Assembly (NCBI GenBank): GCA_011109175.1
Contig: RDEW01000058.1
Span: 68,033 to 132,032 of the forward strand
DNA: 64,000 bases
Reading direction: 5' to 3'
Source of the DNA: Dicyema japonicum
Lineage: Eukaryota > Animalia > Dicyemida
Shown: positions 1-12,400 of the stretch, piece after piece
How the letters are laid out: each line of letters starts with the position of its first letter
Numbering within the stretch: position 1 is the stretch's first letter
Made by a program: the position numbers and the translations under genes
The notes under the pieces: generated by a model
Databases searched by the model: none
What the model was told of the DNA's origin: nothing
What the model saw: the letters and a program-made list of their open reading frames with translations, nothing else

Positions 1-231
1 ACGAACAACTGAAATTCAAAATTTAAAAAAAATAATATTTATTAAATATTTAAAAATATTTATACTAAATCTAAAATACAAGAACTCAGTAATAATCTTA
101 TTTACTATGATTATTTCTACCATAATTCTAATAAGTTTCACGCGTGTTTGCTTGACAGCATTAAGCACAACAAAGCCACTTAATTGCTGGTTTCCTAAAA
201 AGGGCCGAAGCAAGAATTTGTATTTATTCAT
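1..231 (-). CDS. 5' end of an unidentified gene, head-to-head with DNAH6, running off the left edge
   Basis: ATG at 231 opens MNKYKFLLRPFLGNQQ...; a 24-nt GT-AG intron candidate and a 71-nt AT-rich GT-AG intron (9-79) of the same long class seen in other genes here. No product recognised. Confidence 0.35.
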
Positions 232-375
232 TAAACACGCTATATTTTAGTAAATGTTTTTATTTCGTCACTTATAAGCAAATGTTGACTCCTTAGCGAG
301 AAGATCAAATGAAGAGTAAAGATGGATGACTGTTACAATACTTTTCTCATAGGAAAATTTTTCAAAATAAATTTA

Positions 376-388
376 GTTACCTGGTTAC
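376..388. promoter_or_regulatory. X-box (RFX)-like motif upstream of the dynein gene
   Basis: GTTACCTGGTTAC is one mismatch from the GTNRCC-N-RGYAAC consensus of ciliary gene promoters, ~55 nt before the DNAH6 ATG. A 44-nt GT-AG intron candidate (399-442) ends directly at the ATG. Confidence 0.3.
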
Positions 389-442
389 ATGGAAATCGGT
401 AAGAATATTTGATTTAAAAAACAACTATGCCTACTATTTTAG

Positions 443-3400
443 ATGAGTTTGAACATAAAAGGAAAGCAAGAATTGAGCCTTTAAATCTGACGTCATATTC
501 CCTCAAAGACGTCTTGACATTACATTCGATAATAATGCCTTTCAAATAGACAACAATTCTGCCAACAAAGCCACATCACTAACATTTCCAGAATCGTGTC
601 CCAAACTACCAAAATTAGAGCCTTTGGTAATATTTGACAACTCATAAATAGCCGTATCTCCAAAAAGTCCAAATAAAGAATCAACCTTCCTACATTCAAG
701 AGAAAAACAGAAAAAATTACGAAAAGGAAAAACGGCTATACGCCATCGACGACTCAAAGTCTAAATCTCAACGAAAGCAATCCCTGGACAACATTCAGCT
801 AAGAAAAGTAATATAAATTATTCATTTAGGCGGTTCTAGCCAAATATGAAGTTAATATACCAAAGACCCTTTCTGTGCTACCAAAAAACAAAATTGAAAC
901 TCAGTTGATTTTCACGGACGAATATAACGGCTGCAGGAATCTGCTTGAAATAATCGGAGTGATTCGCCAAAACGCTTGGCTGGGGTTTTTCTACATGATC
1001 CCTGCGGTCTCAAAGTCAAGTGTGCAGTATCACTACTATAACCTCAAGTAAGCCAATTGAATGTATTTTCAGAGTCACAAATTACCAGCGTATTTTCAAG
1101 CTGGACTATTGCACGATCAGTTCTATTGGGGTGACCAGATCGACTCAGGGGGACGAGGTTGACTTTACCCACCTTGATGTATATGAACAAGAGTACAAAC
1201 ATTTCTGGCGACACAAAAGTTAGAGAAACTTAAAATTTAGATTCCAACGTTCCAAAATTTTCAAGCAGGGTGGAAGGCATTTTCTTGTGTGGCGTTGGAC
1301 AATTCGCTGCGAGAAAATAAAAAAATGCCAAGAAAACCATAGAAAACTCGCTTTTCTTGGTCAACGCTGTAATTTACGGTTTTCAATTTAGCCTCTGCGG
1401 TCGGCTCTATTGAGTCTCCGGGGGATGATTTACAGAATTTGTGATTTGTCCCTGACAAATTTTTCCTACGACGAGACGGTGACTTTGGACAAGTTCATCG
1501 AAAACCACACATTCTCGACATCTCAAGTTTAAATCCAAGTTTCGATTCTTAGATCGCCAAAAGGCTGAAGGAATTCAGATATTTGGTCATTGATATAATC
1601 AAATGCGCTTGCCGAACAAATTTGCTCGAAAGTGGCTTTAACCCTGACTTTTATCCCTCACGTGGACTTGATTCTGGTATATTGCAGTTCGTGAAAAAAA
1701 CAGATCAAACCTCTACCGAGTCTGGGAGTGACGGAGAATCAGATATTGTGGAGACGTGTGAAAATTTGTGTTACACAGAACAGGCTGAAAAGCGGGAAAA
1801 GTGCAATAGATTGGCCTGGTGACCTGTCTATTAGTATTTCAGCTTCATCTGCCTGTCGGACTATTTGATAGCGAATGCTCTCCACACCCTGACCGTCAAA
1901 TCAGTCGAATCAATAAAGGACTTCTTTTTTAGCAAAATACAGCTGACTCCCTCAGACAACGTCATTTCAAACTTCACTCGAACGAAGGAGGACGTCAGCA
2001 AGGATTTGGAGGAATACTTCAGCATGAAAGAGGCTGAGATTCAGGTTGATATCAGACTGTTAAAGTGACTCATACTAACCTAATTTAGAAACCGAAGGAA
2101 GACCCAATTGAATTTTCTCCGTCATTTCTCGTCGAAATGCTGCTGGAGAACGGACAAATTGAGTTTTACCCGAATCTCGAAACGTTTCAGAGTGCCTTTG
2201 CCGAAATTGTCGAGAGTTTCAAAAACACGGTAATTTCCATGGAAAATCTTCTCAATGACAGCAGCTTTTACGCATTCACCAGGCATCCGCGAATTTAACG
2301 AGTAGGCCGTACATAAACAACAAATTTGAAGAACAGCACAGCAGGACAGGTCCCAACTTGAAGGCCATTTTTGACGACGACAACTACTTCCAGACCATCA
2401 TGCTGGACACTCAAGTTAAAGTTGATTGAACCCAGGAATCAATCGATAAAGGGTTTTCCACAGCTCAGAAGTACGGCAGCACATTCGAGACTTATATGCT
2501 GTTCTACAACACCAATGAGAACGTTGGCGTGGAGCTTTTCCAGAACGCGGGAAAAGGCTAAATTTGTTCATAATGGTAGATGTTGAGTTTTTTGCATCTT
2601 CCCTCGAAAAGTATCACATTGAGAGTAGAATGGCTGCTTCTATCGTTGAAAAACGTGCTCTGGGACTTTTGCTCATAGACAACTCCAAGTTCAAGACGAA
2701 GCTGTATCCGTCCCCCAACCGTTGTATAGATGTAATTTCTGTGATAAAATAAAATAGTACATCCACGTGGTTTTGCCCAAGAAGGCCAGAAGTATTGTAG
2801 ACGAAGTTCTAAAGGACCTGAACGACGCTCAATTTCGGCTCGACATGAGGCCTTCCGACACAGCCGATCTTGTAAAGAGTCTTCTATTCTTGGAAGAAAT
2901 ACAGGAGAGGGTACATTTCAGAGTCAACTTAGATTGACCCAGTTGAGCACGAGACAGACATAATTAGAGATATCTACGAGCTTATTTCGAAATATAGCGT
3001 CCCTTCGCCTCCCGAGGATCATGTAATATACCAGGTATGTGGATCTCTTATTCAAGACTGTGATCCCGACCATAAACAATGTGAGAAACAGCATCGATAA
3101 GGTTTCTGCTGAACGTGAGGACACGATCAGGAAACTGTGTGTCTCCCTAGATAAGGATATCGCTGAGCTCTTTAAGGAGGTGAAGGAAATCAAAAAGAGC
3201 GTTCAGGTGTTGTGTTTGACTAACAGTGAAGAATCCGTCTAATCTGGATCCTTCGGGAAACAAGGAGGAGATACTGAATTCGTTGGTCGCTTACAAATCC
3301 CGGGTTCTTGAATTGCAGGAAAAGGCCGAGCTCTATAAAAGCCACCAAATGCGCTTTCAAATCGACATCAACACTTACGAGGAGTTGGAGGATTTATACG

Positions 3401-6400
3401 ACGAGATTAACCTCAAGATTTTGCTGTGGAACTCAATTGACGAGTGGGACGCTATAATCAGGGAGTGGATTGAAGTTGGAATTATTTTACTCCGTTAGGT
3501 GGATATAAATCACTGCGACATGGACGAGTTGAGCTTGGTGACCGGAAAATACTTCAAAATTGTCACCAAACTGGAAAAGGGACTGTCGCCGAACTTGGTC
3601 ACCAAAAATCTGAAGGAAAAGGTTAACCCCTTCGAACATGGTTAGGTCAGCTATATCAAGACGAAACTCCCAATTTTGATAAATCTGAAAAATCCTGCTT
3701 TCAAGCAGCGGCATTGGGATATGATTAATGAAATCGTAAATCTCGACATTTCCAGCCAAGTCCTTACGATATCGAATCTCGAGACATTGGGAGTATTCGA
3801 ATACGAGGAGGAGATAAAAGAAGTCTCTGGTAAGGCTTCATCAGAGGCGGCGTTGGAATCGATGCTCAAAAAAGTAGAAATTGAAAATATCTTAGATTGA
3901 TGATTCCTGGAAGCACACAGAGTTCTATGTGCCCCCTTATAAAGACCAGAGAGACGTGTATGTGCTTGGAGCCACTGACGACATCCAGCAGTTACTGGAC
4001 GACTCCATCGTCGGAGTTTCCACGATTCTTTCCTCAAGGAACGTCGGTCCCATCAGGTCGAGAGTCGAAGAGTTGAAAAAGCAGTTCGAGTTGTTCAACA
4101 GCACATTGGTAAGCCAAGTAGTCACTACTACAGGATGAATGGTTGGAATGTCAGAAATCGTGGATGTACCTCGAATCCATATTTTCTGCGCCTGATATTC
4201 AAAGACAGCTCCCCGAGGAATCCAAATTATTCCAAAGTCGACAAATCCTTTAAGGAAATAATGCGGAAGACACATCGTGTTCCTTGGCGATCCGAGCCTG
4301 CACACAAGCGGGTATTTAAATTTGTGGATTTGACAGGACTGGTGGACGTATTTAGAGATAAACAGAATGCTGGAAGAAATTGTGAAATGTCTCGAGACAT
4401 ATTTGGAGACCAAAAGGGAGTCATTCCCTAGGTTCTCTTGTGAAAAACTGTTAGATTTTATTTTCTCTCAAATGACGAGTTATTGGACATTCTAGCTCAG
4501 ACGAGGAACCCCATTGCAGTTCAGCCCCATTTGAATAAATGTTTCGACGCCATCAAGTCCCTCGAATTCGAACAAGTAGAAAATGTCCTGCCTTCCGGTT
4601 TATTTGACGGTTTACTTCTCCAGGAGAGACTGTAGTGAAGTACTCTAATAACATTCTTGCCATGAATTCTGCCGAAGGGGAACGCGTGAAGCTTAAAAAA
4701 GTAAAAATGCGATTTTAGTCAAAGGGTCTCCGAGCGAGGGGGAATGTCGAGGATTGGCTTGCGAAGGTTGAGGACGCAATGTTTGACAGTGTAAAGAGTC
4801 ACACGAAGAAATCCCTGCTGAACTATGATAAAAAACCTTATAATGAGTGGCTGACGTCGTGGCCCTCCCAAGTTCGAGTCTTGGTTGATTTTAGGTGATC
4901 CTTTCGGTCTCCCAAATAGTGTGGTGCAGCAGAATAACTGAAATATTATCAAAGCCAGAAACGGCGGTGGAGAAAATGGTAGAATTTGAGAAGGAAAACG
5001 TCGACCAACTGAACAACTTGGCTGCTCAAGTGAGACAGACCAACCCGGAACTCGTTCAGCAGATTATATGCACATTGATTACTGTGAACGTTCACTGCAG
5101 GGATATAGTGAATGAGCTCGCACAACAGAAGGTACTGATTCGATAGAATTCAGATAACGGACGGTCGCGACTTCTGTGGCTGAGACAGCTGCGATATTAT
5201 TGGGATAACGACATGGACGAATGCGTAGTGAAAATGTCCATTTCAGAATACACTTACGGCTACGAATATGTGGGGGCCTCTTCTAGACTGGTAATCACAC
5301 CATTGACGGTAATTTTGTATTTAACTAAAGGATCGCTGCTATCTCTGTTTAATGGGGGCTCTCCAGCTGGATCTTGGTGGAGCACCAGCCGGGCCTGCGG
5401 GGACGGGAAAAACTGAGACCACGAAAGACTTGGCTAAGACGGTTGCCAAACACTGCGTTGTGTTTAACTGTTCGGATGGGTTGGATTACAAGGTAGTGTG
5501 GAATAGTCGACTTCTAGACGATGGGAAGATTTTTCACAGGCCTCGTCCAGTCAGGGTCCTGGTGTTGTTTCGACGAATTCAACAGGATCGATATTGAAGT
5601 GCTCTCCGTGATTGCTCAGCAATTGATCACAATTCGTAACGCGAAAGCTGGAAAAGTCGAGAGATTCCGTTTTGAAGGCAGAGATGTCAAACTAATGCCC
5701 ACGTGTGCCACCTTTATCACTATGAATCCCGGCTATGCTGGGAGAACTGAACTCCCCGATAACTTAAAGGCCCTCTTTAGGCCATTTTCCATGATGGTGC
5801 CTGATTACAGTAGGCAATGTCGTTTCATTTAACTAGAACTCATTGCCGAAGTGATCCTATATTCTGAGGGTTTTGAGAGCTCAAAAAATCTATCAAACAA
5901 GATCGTCCAGCTTTATAAGCTCTGCTCAGAACAGCTGTCTCAACAAGATCACTATGACTTTGGAATGAGAGCCTTAAAGTCAGTTTTAGTGATGGCCGGT
6001 TCTCTAAAACGGAAAAACCCAACGGAGGATGAAAACTTGGTTTTAATCAAAGCACTGAGAGACGGGAACCTTCCGAAATTCCTGAGGAAGGATGCTGAAC
6101 TTTTTATCGTTGAATTTGGGTCTCACTGGTAGGACATCTTGCTAGATTTGTTTCCTGGGGTTGTCACGTCTGAGCACGATTATGGGATCTTTGGCGATGA
6201 AATTGTTAGTGTTTGTCGGAAAAATAACCTGGAAGTCATTGACTCCCAAAAGAAGCAAATCATCCAGTTTTACGAAACTCTCTTGGTCAGGCACGGGGTT
6301 ATGCTCGTTGGACCAACAGGGGGTGGGAAAACGACTGTATATCAAGTACTGATTGGCTTTATGTGCAGACATTGGCCGAGGTTTGCGGAAATCTCCACGC

Positions 6401-9400
6401 CAGAGGACACCCAGATTACTTTTTCAGACCAGTGGACACTTATGTGATGAATCCAAAGGCGATTTCAATGGAAGAGTTATACGGGGGATAAATCCACAAA
6501 CATTAGAGTGGAGAGACGGGCTGATGGCACTAACGATCAGAAAGGCCGTTGCTGTAGACTGTTGGGGGAGTTTTAGAGCGAAGGTGAAAATCATCATTGG
6601 GTCGTTTGTGATGGTCCCGTGGATGCTTTGTGGATTGAGAACATGAACACTGTGTTGGACGACAATAAAATGTTATGTCTGGCGAATAGCGAGCGAATAA
6701 AGCTCACTCCTCACATACATATGCTGTTTGAGGTCGAAGACCTCTCCGTTGCATCCCCCGCTACTGTCAGCAGGTAACTGACGTCTTAAAGATTAAAGAT
6801 GCGGAATGCTTTATATTGACTCAAATGACCTCGGGTGGCTTCCCTGGGTAGAACGATGGCTAAAGTCTCATAAGGACAAGTTTTGTGAGGCTATATACAA
6901 CTATACCTTGGAACTATTCACAAAATATGTCGATGAGGGGCTTGAATTTGTCTCCACCAAGTTATCTCAGATTATTCCTCAGGTTTACTAAGCCGACAAT
7001 TGTAGTGTCCTCTAGCAAAGTTGATTTCTCTCTCCAAATTGATGGAGTCCATATTATTCGAAAGCAACGTCAACTTGAAGGAAAACTCCCCCAAAACGCA
7101 GATTAGCGTATCAACAATTTTTCTGTTCTCCTATTTGTGGGCCATTGGGGGGAATATACTGGAAAAGGACTGTGACGCGTTTGACACGTTTGTCAGGCAA
7201 ACATTCGAAGATAATGGGGATGTTAAGGTCCTCCTGTTTATTATCAAAGATTCCCGCTCAGGGAGATCTCTGGAGCTACTATTTTGACGTTGAAAGTCGC
7301 AAGATGGAACATTGGGAGAAAATCATCATTCCGTTTCATTTTGAGGGTGACAAGCCATTTTTCAATATGATCGTCTCAAACAGCGACACTGTAAAATACG
7401 GATATCTCCTCGATAAACTAATCAGCGCTAGAAAATCAGTGATTTTGGTCGGAAAAACCGGCGTTGGAAAGGTTTTATAAACATTGCACCATTATAGTCC
7501 GTTATTGCTCGAAACACGTTAAATAGTATGGTGAATCCCGGAAACGTGGTACCCCTGTTTGTGAACTTCTCGGCACAGACGAACAGTACGAGTGTTCAGA
7601 ACATCATTGAAGCCAAACTTGAAAAACACGACGAAACGTTTTAGGTATGAATTTGGGGGTAATTCAGGCCCTTCTAAGGGAAAGCACGTGGTAGCATTTT
7701 TTGACGACGTAAACATGTCGAAACCAGATTTTTACGGGTCCCAGCCTCCCATTGAACTTCTACGACAATATCAAGACTTCAGTGGAATGTACGACAGACA
7801 AGCACTGACTTGGAAGTGGATTAATGTACTAAAGCTTCCCTTATAGTACAGGATGTCACTTTGGCTGGAGCCTGTGGACCTCCAGGGGGTGGATGCCACA
7901 ACATGACTAATCGCTTCACTCGACATTTTTCGGTTTTCAACGTCCATCCCCCCTCGGATTACAATTTGAAGCAAATTTTTCAAGTTTTAGTGAGTAATGA
8001 TGACAGAATATCCTGCGTGGATTCATGATAGAATTCCCCCAACAGGTGAAGCAAGCCATCAATTCCGTGATATCCGCCGCTGTCGAAATCTACCAAAGAA
8101 TGCACACAGAGTTGCTGCCGACTCCCTCGAAATCTCACTACTTGTTTAACCTAAGGGACATTGCTCGTTGCTTTCAAGGTTGAATGTGTAAATATTCCAG
8201 GCATAATGCAGATCAAGGTGAATTCTGTTACCAACGAAAAACTGCTATACCGATTATTCCACCACGAAATTACCAGATCATTCCACGACCGGTTGGTAAG
8301 CCAGGAAGATAAAAACTTCTTTTTTGAGATTTTGAGTGAAGTCTCTTCTACCTATTTTAATGAAGTAAAGATTATCGGCTTCACTTGTAGTCACTTGATC
8401 AAAGATCTTTTTTCGACAGTCCGTTAATTTATGCCGATTTTATTAACATTGGGTCGGACAAGTCCTCCTGGAGCTACGGTGAAGTCACCAATACGGACAA
8501 ACTGATAACAGTTCTGAGTGAAGTTCGATAAATATAACACCACGTAGTACCAATCCGAATATAATTTTAAATATTCCTCCAAAATGTCTTTGATATTCTT
8601 CTCTGATGCGATCCAACACATTGCTAGAATATCTCGAATAATCCGCCAGGAAAGGGGGAACGGACTGTTGGTCGGGGTCAATGGTACGGGAAAGAAGTGT
8701 TTGACCAGGTCCTTAATCAATATTGTATTTTAGACTGGCAGCGTTTATATACGACTACGAGTGCTTCGAAATCGAGGTCACTGGAAAATACGACTACCCG
8801 GCCTTCCGTGAGGATCTTCGAAGGCTTTATAATATCGCAGGATAGCCAACAAGAATGTAGTATTTCTGTTGTCGGACGACCAAATAATAATGGAGGAGTT
8901 CCTCGAGGATATAAATAATATTCTAAATTCCGGCCAAGTCCCGAATTTGTTTGAAGACGATGACTTGGAGCAAATCATTATGAGCTGTCAACCCGCGGCC
9001 AATGCCCTGTTGTGCAGCCAAACTGGTTCCCCGGAAGACATTGCAAGTCGGGATTCAGTTTATGAACTCTTCATTGACCGTGTGAGGTAAGAGGAACTGT
9101 CATTCAAGACGTAATCTTCACCTTGTGATCTCCCTGAGTTCTTCGGGGACCAAATTTAGATCTCGGTGTAGAATGTTCCCATCTTTGGTGAATTGCTGTA
9201 TCATCGACTGGTTCGAGGAGTGGAAACACGATGCCTTGTATTCTGTGGCTGATTCATTCATGAAAAAATAGACTTTCCCGATAATTCCCTTGAAGTTGAT
9301 TGTAATGTGACTAGTTTAGACCAAATTATCAAATCTATGCATAAAAATCCACACCAGTGTTGGGAAGATGGCTAAAAGATTCTACGAAGAAGTACAGGGG

Positions 9401-12400
9401 CATTACTGCTTAAATCCAGTCAGCTACATCGAATTGCTCACGTTGTTCACTTCCATGTTGGAAACCACAAAAAAGTAAGTAAAATCTACTATTTATTTAC
9501 CCCCAGTCCCTTCAAGTAAAGGGAAGCGGTGGTCAGCAGGAACGTATCTACCGGACACACCAAAAGATCCGTTTCCTGTACCACTAACGCCAGTCAATCT
9601 TCTTCCTTTAAATTCTCCTATTTTTTTATTTTTTAAATTTAAATTAAAATTAAAAAAATTTAAATTTTAGTGATTTAAACCGCCAGTATGAGAGAATAAA
9701 AAATGGATTGGTCAAACTTCTCGAAACCAATGAATTAGTGATAGCCATGGAGAAGAAACTTAAAGTGTTGGGTCCAATCCTTAAAGAAAAATCGATTGAA
9801 ACAGAGAAGTTGATGGAAAAACTTTCCGAAGATCAAGAAAAGGCGGATATTGTAAATTTCAAATTGACAAAATAGTCCAAAAAACTTGTCTTGGAGGACG
9901 AGGCTGTGGTTAAGGTGAAGGCTGAGGAAACCAAAGCCATCGCTGATGATGCCCAACGGGATCTTCAGGAAGCAATGCCGATGTTAGAAGCAGCCATTAA
10001 AGTTTATTAGTGAATTTGTTATGCTAGTCCTTGGATGCCCTCGATAAAAGCGACATTGCAGAAATCAAAGTATTCAAGACTCCCCCAGAGCTTGTTCAAA
10101 CAGTAATGGAGGCTGTCTGCGTTTTATTCAACGTCAAGTAAACGAGAAATGTAGCATAATCTAGGAGAGACTGGAGTTCAGCGAAACAGTTATTATCGGA
10201 TTCCAACTTTCTGAGGAAACTCTACGACTTTGATAAGGAAAATATCTCTGAATCCACCATAAAGAAGCTCAAAAAATACATCGACAACGAAAACTTCACC
10301 CCAGAAGTCATAGAGAAGGTCTCAAAGGTATTTAAGGTAAAACCAGTTCACAGGCCTGTAAATCGCTTTGCATGTGGGTGAGGGCGATATACGTGTTTTC
10401 AATCGTGAATAAATCCGTAAAGCCTAAAAAGGAGAGGTTGGTAGGCAAATTAGTCTTAGATTGAATGCGGCGGAGCAAGATTTGAAGGAAGTCATGTCAG
10501 ATCTCAGAAAAAAACAGGATGAACTAAAAATATTGCAAGCTCACATTAACGAGCTACAAAATTCTTACGAGGCCAGCGTCACTGAGAAGAAGAATTTGGA
10601 GACACAAAAGTCTACCACCAGCGCTAGGCTAAAGCGTGCTTCGAAATTGACTGAAGCATTGGCTGACGAGAAAGAGATCTGGGAACATGAGATTAAGGTT
10701 ATAAAATTCCATTATCCTTAGATTTTAGACAAGAAGATTGCTGACGTAGTCGGCAACGTCTTTGTGTGCTCTTCTTCAGTAACTTACCTCGGAGCCTTTA
10801 CGTACGACTATCGGGAAATTCTAATCTCCAAATGGCTCAAGGCAGCAAGGAAGCTGGATATACCAATTTCCAATGATTACGACCTAATTGATATTTTCAC
10901 TACATCATATCAAGTAAGAAATTGGACGGCCAATAAACTCCCAAATAACCGAGTATCCATTCAAAATGCACTCCTTGCTACTAAGGGGAGAAGATGGCCT
11001 CTAATGATCGATCCACAAGAACAGGTACCTTCAAATCTTTTTTATTTATTATTTTTTTAATAATTTAATATACTAAATTAATATTTTTATTATTAATAGG
11101 CCAATCGATGGATAAGAAGCATGGAAGAAATAAATAACCTTAAAGTAACTAAACTAAGCGACAAATATTTCCTACGAACCCTTGAAAGTGCAATTCGAAT
11201 TGGTTCGCCACTTCTCATAGAAGACGTTGGTGAGTCGATTGAGACAACGATATACCCAATTCTCGACAATAAAATCACGGAAGAAGTATTTTTAGTAAAT
11301 ATAACTTAATTAGAGTGGAAGGGTCTTCATCAGATTGGGGGACAAAGATGTGGACTATGATAAAAATTTCCGCCTTTATTTGACCACCAAATTGAACAAT
11401 CCAGCATACCAGCCAGACGTTTTCACTCGAGTCGCTGTCATAAACTTCAAAGTCACGATCGGGGGACTCGAGGATCAGCTGCTGAGGTTTTTCGGCTTTT
11501 GGTAGTTCTCAGTTATGTCGTCGACTTGAAAAGCCGGAGTTGGAGCAGCAACGGAACGAGTTGATTCTCAAAATAAACAGCGACAAAAACCAGCAGAAAG
11601 CGATCACTGACAGAGTCCTAAAGTTACTGTACGAATCGAAAGGAAACGTGCTCGACAACAGTGAGCTGATCACTGCCCTGAACGAATCAAAGGTCGGATA
11701 ATGCCATATTTCAAGCTAAAATTCGCCGAAATCTCAAAACGGCTAAAACAAGCCGAAATCACTGAAAGGGAAATCGGCAAGGCCCGGGACGTGTACAGAG
11801 ACGTCTCCAAACGGGGAGCCATTCTGTACTTTGTGATCGCCGACATGGCCAAAATCGACCCAATGTACCAGTTCTCTCTCAAATACTTCAAGCAGGTATC
11901 ATAACTCATAAATCAGATATTCGGAAATTCTATCAGCAACTGTGACGTCACAGGAGAAATAAACACAAGACTGGCCTCACTGATTGACAACATATCCTAC
12001 GATGCTTACTCGAACGTTTCACGGTAAACCCTATTTTAACGGAAAGGGGACTTTTCGCTAAACATAAGCTTTTGTACTCATTCCTGTTTTGCCTGGAGAT
12101 TATGCGGGCACGAGAGGAGATCAGCGACCAAGAAATGAATGTATTCCTTAGGGGGATTCCCTCGAATTATAAAGTAACGAAATTGAGAAATTTTAGAATG
12201 ACAAACCGCTTCCTTCTGATGAAACTAAACTCACAAAGACATTGTGGGATATAAGCTGCTATATGGAGTCGAATATACAAGGATTTGAGGCTTGGCGGCA
12301 AATCTTGTCGAGAAAAACTTATTTGTCACATCAGGAGATTTGAAGGTTTTATAATTTTTTTAATTATTTATTATTTTAACAAAATTATTTAAAAATTAAT

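Noticed and set aside
9503-9595. Assignment of the intronic hairpin to U5, U3, vault, Y RNA, snoRNA or SECIS
   Set aside because: The diagnostic motifs (U5 loop 1, C/D or H/ACA boxes, B box, AUGA/GA quartet) are missing.
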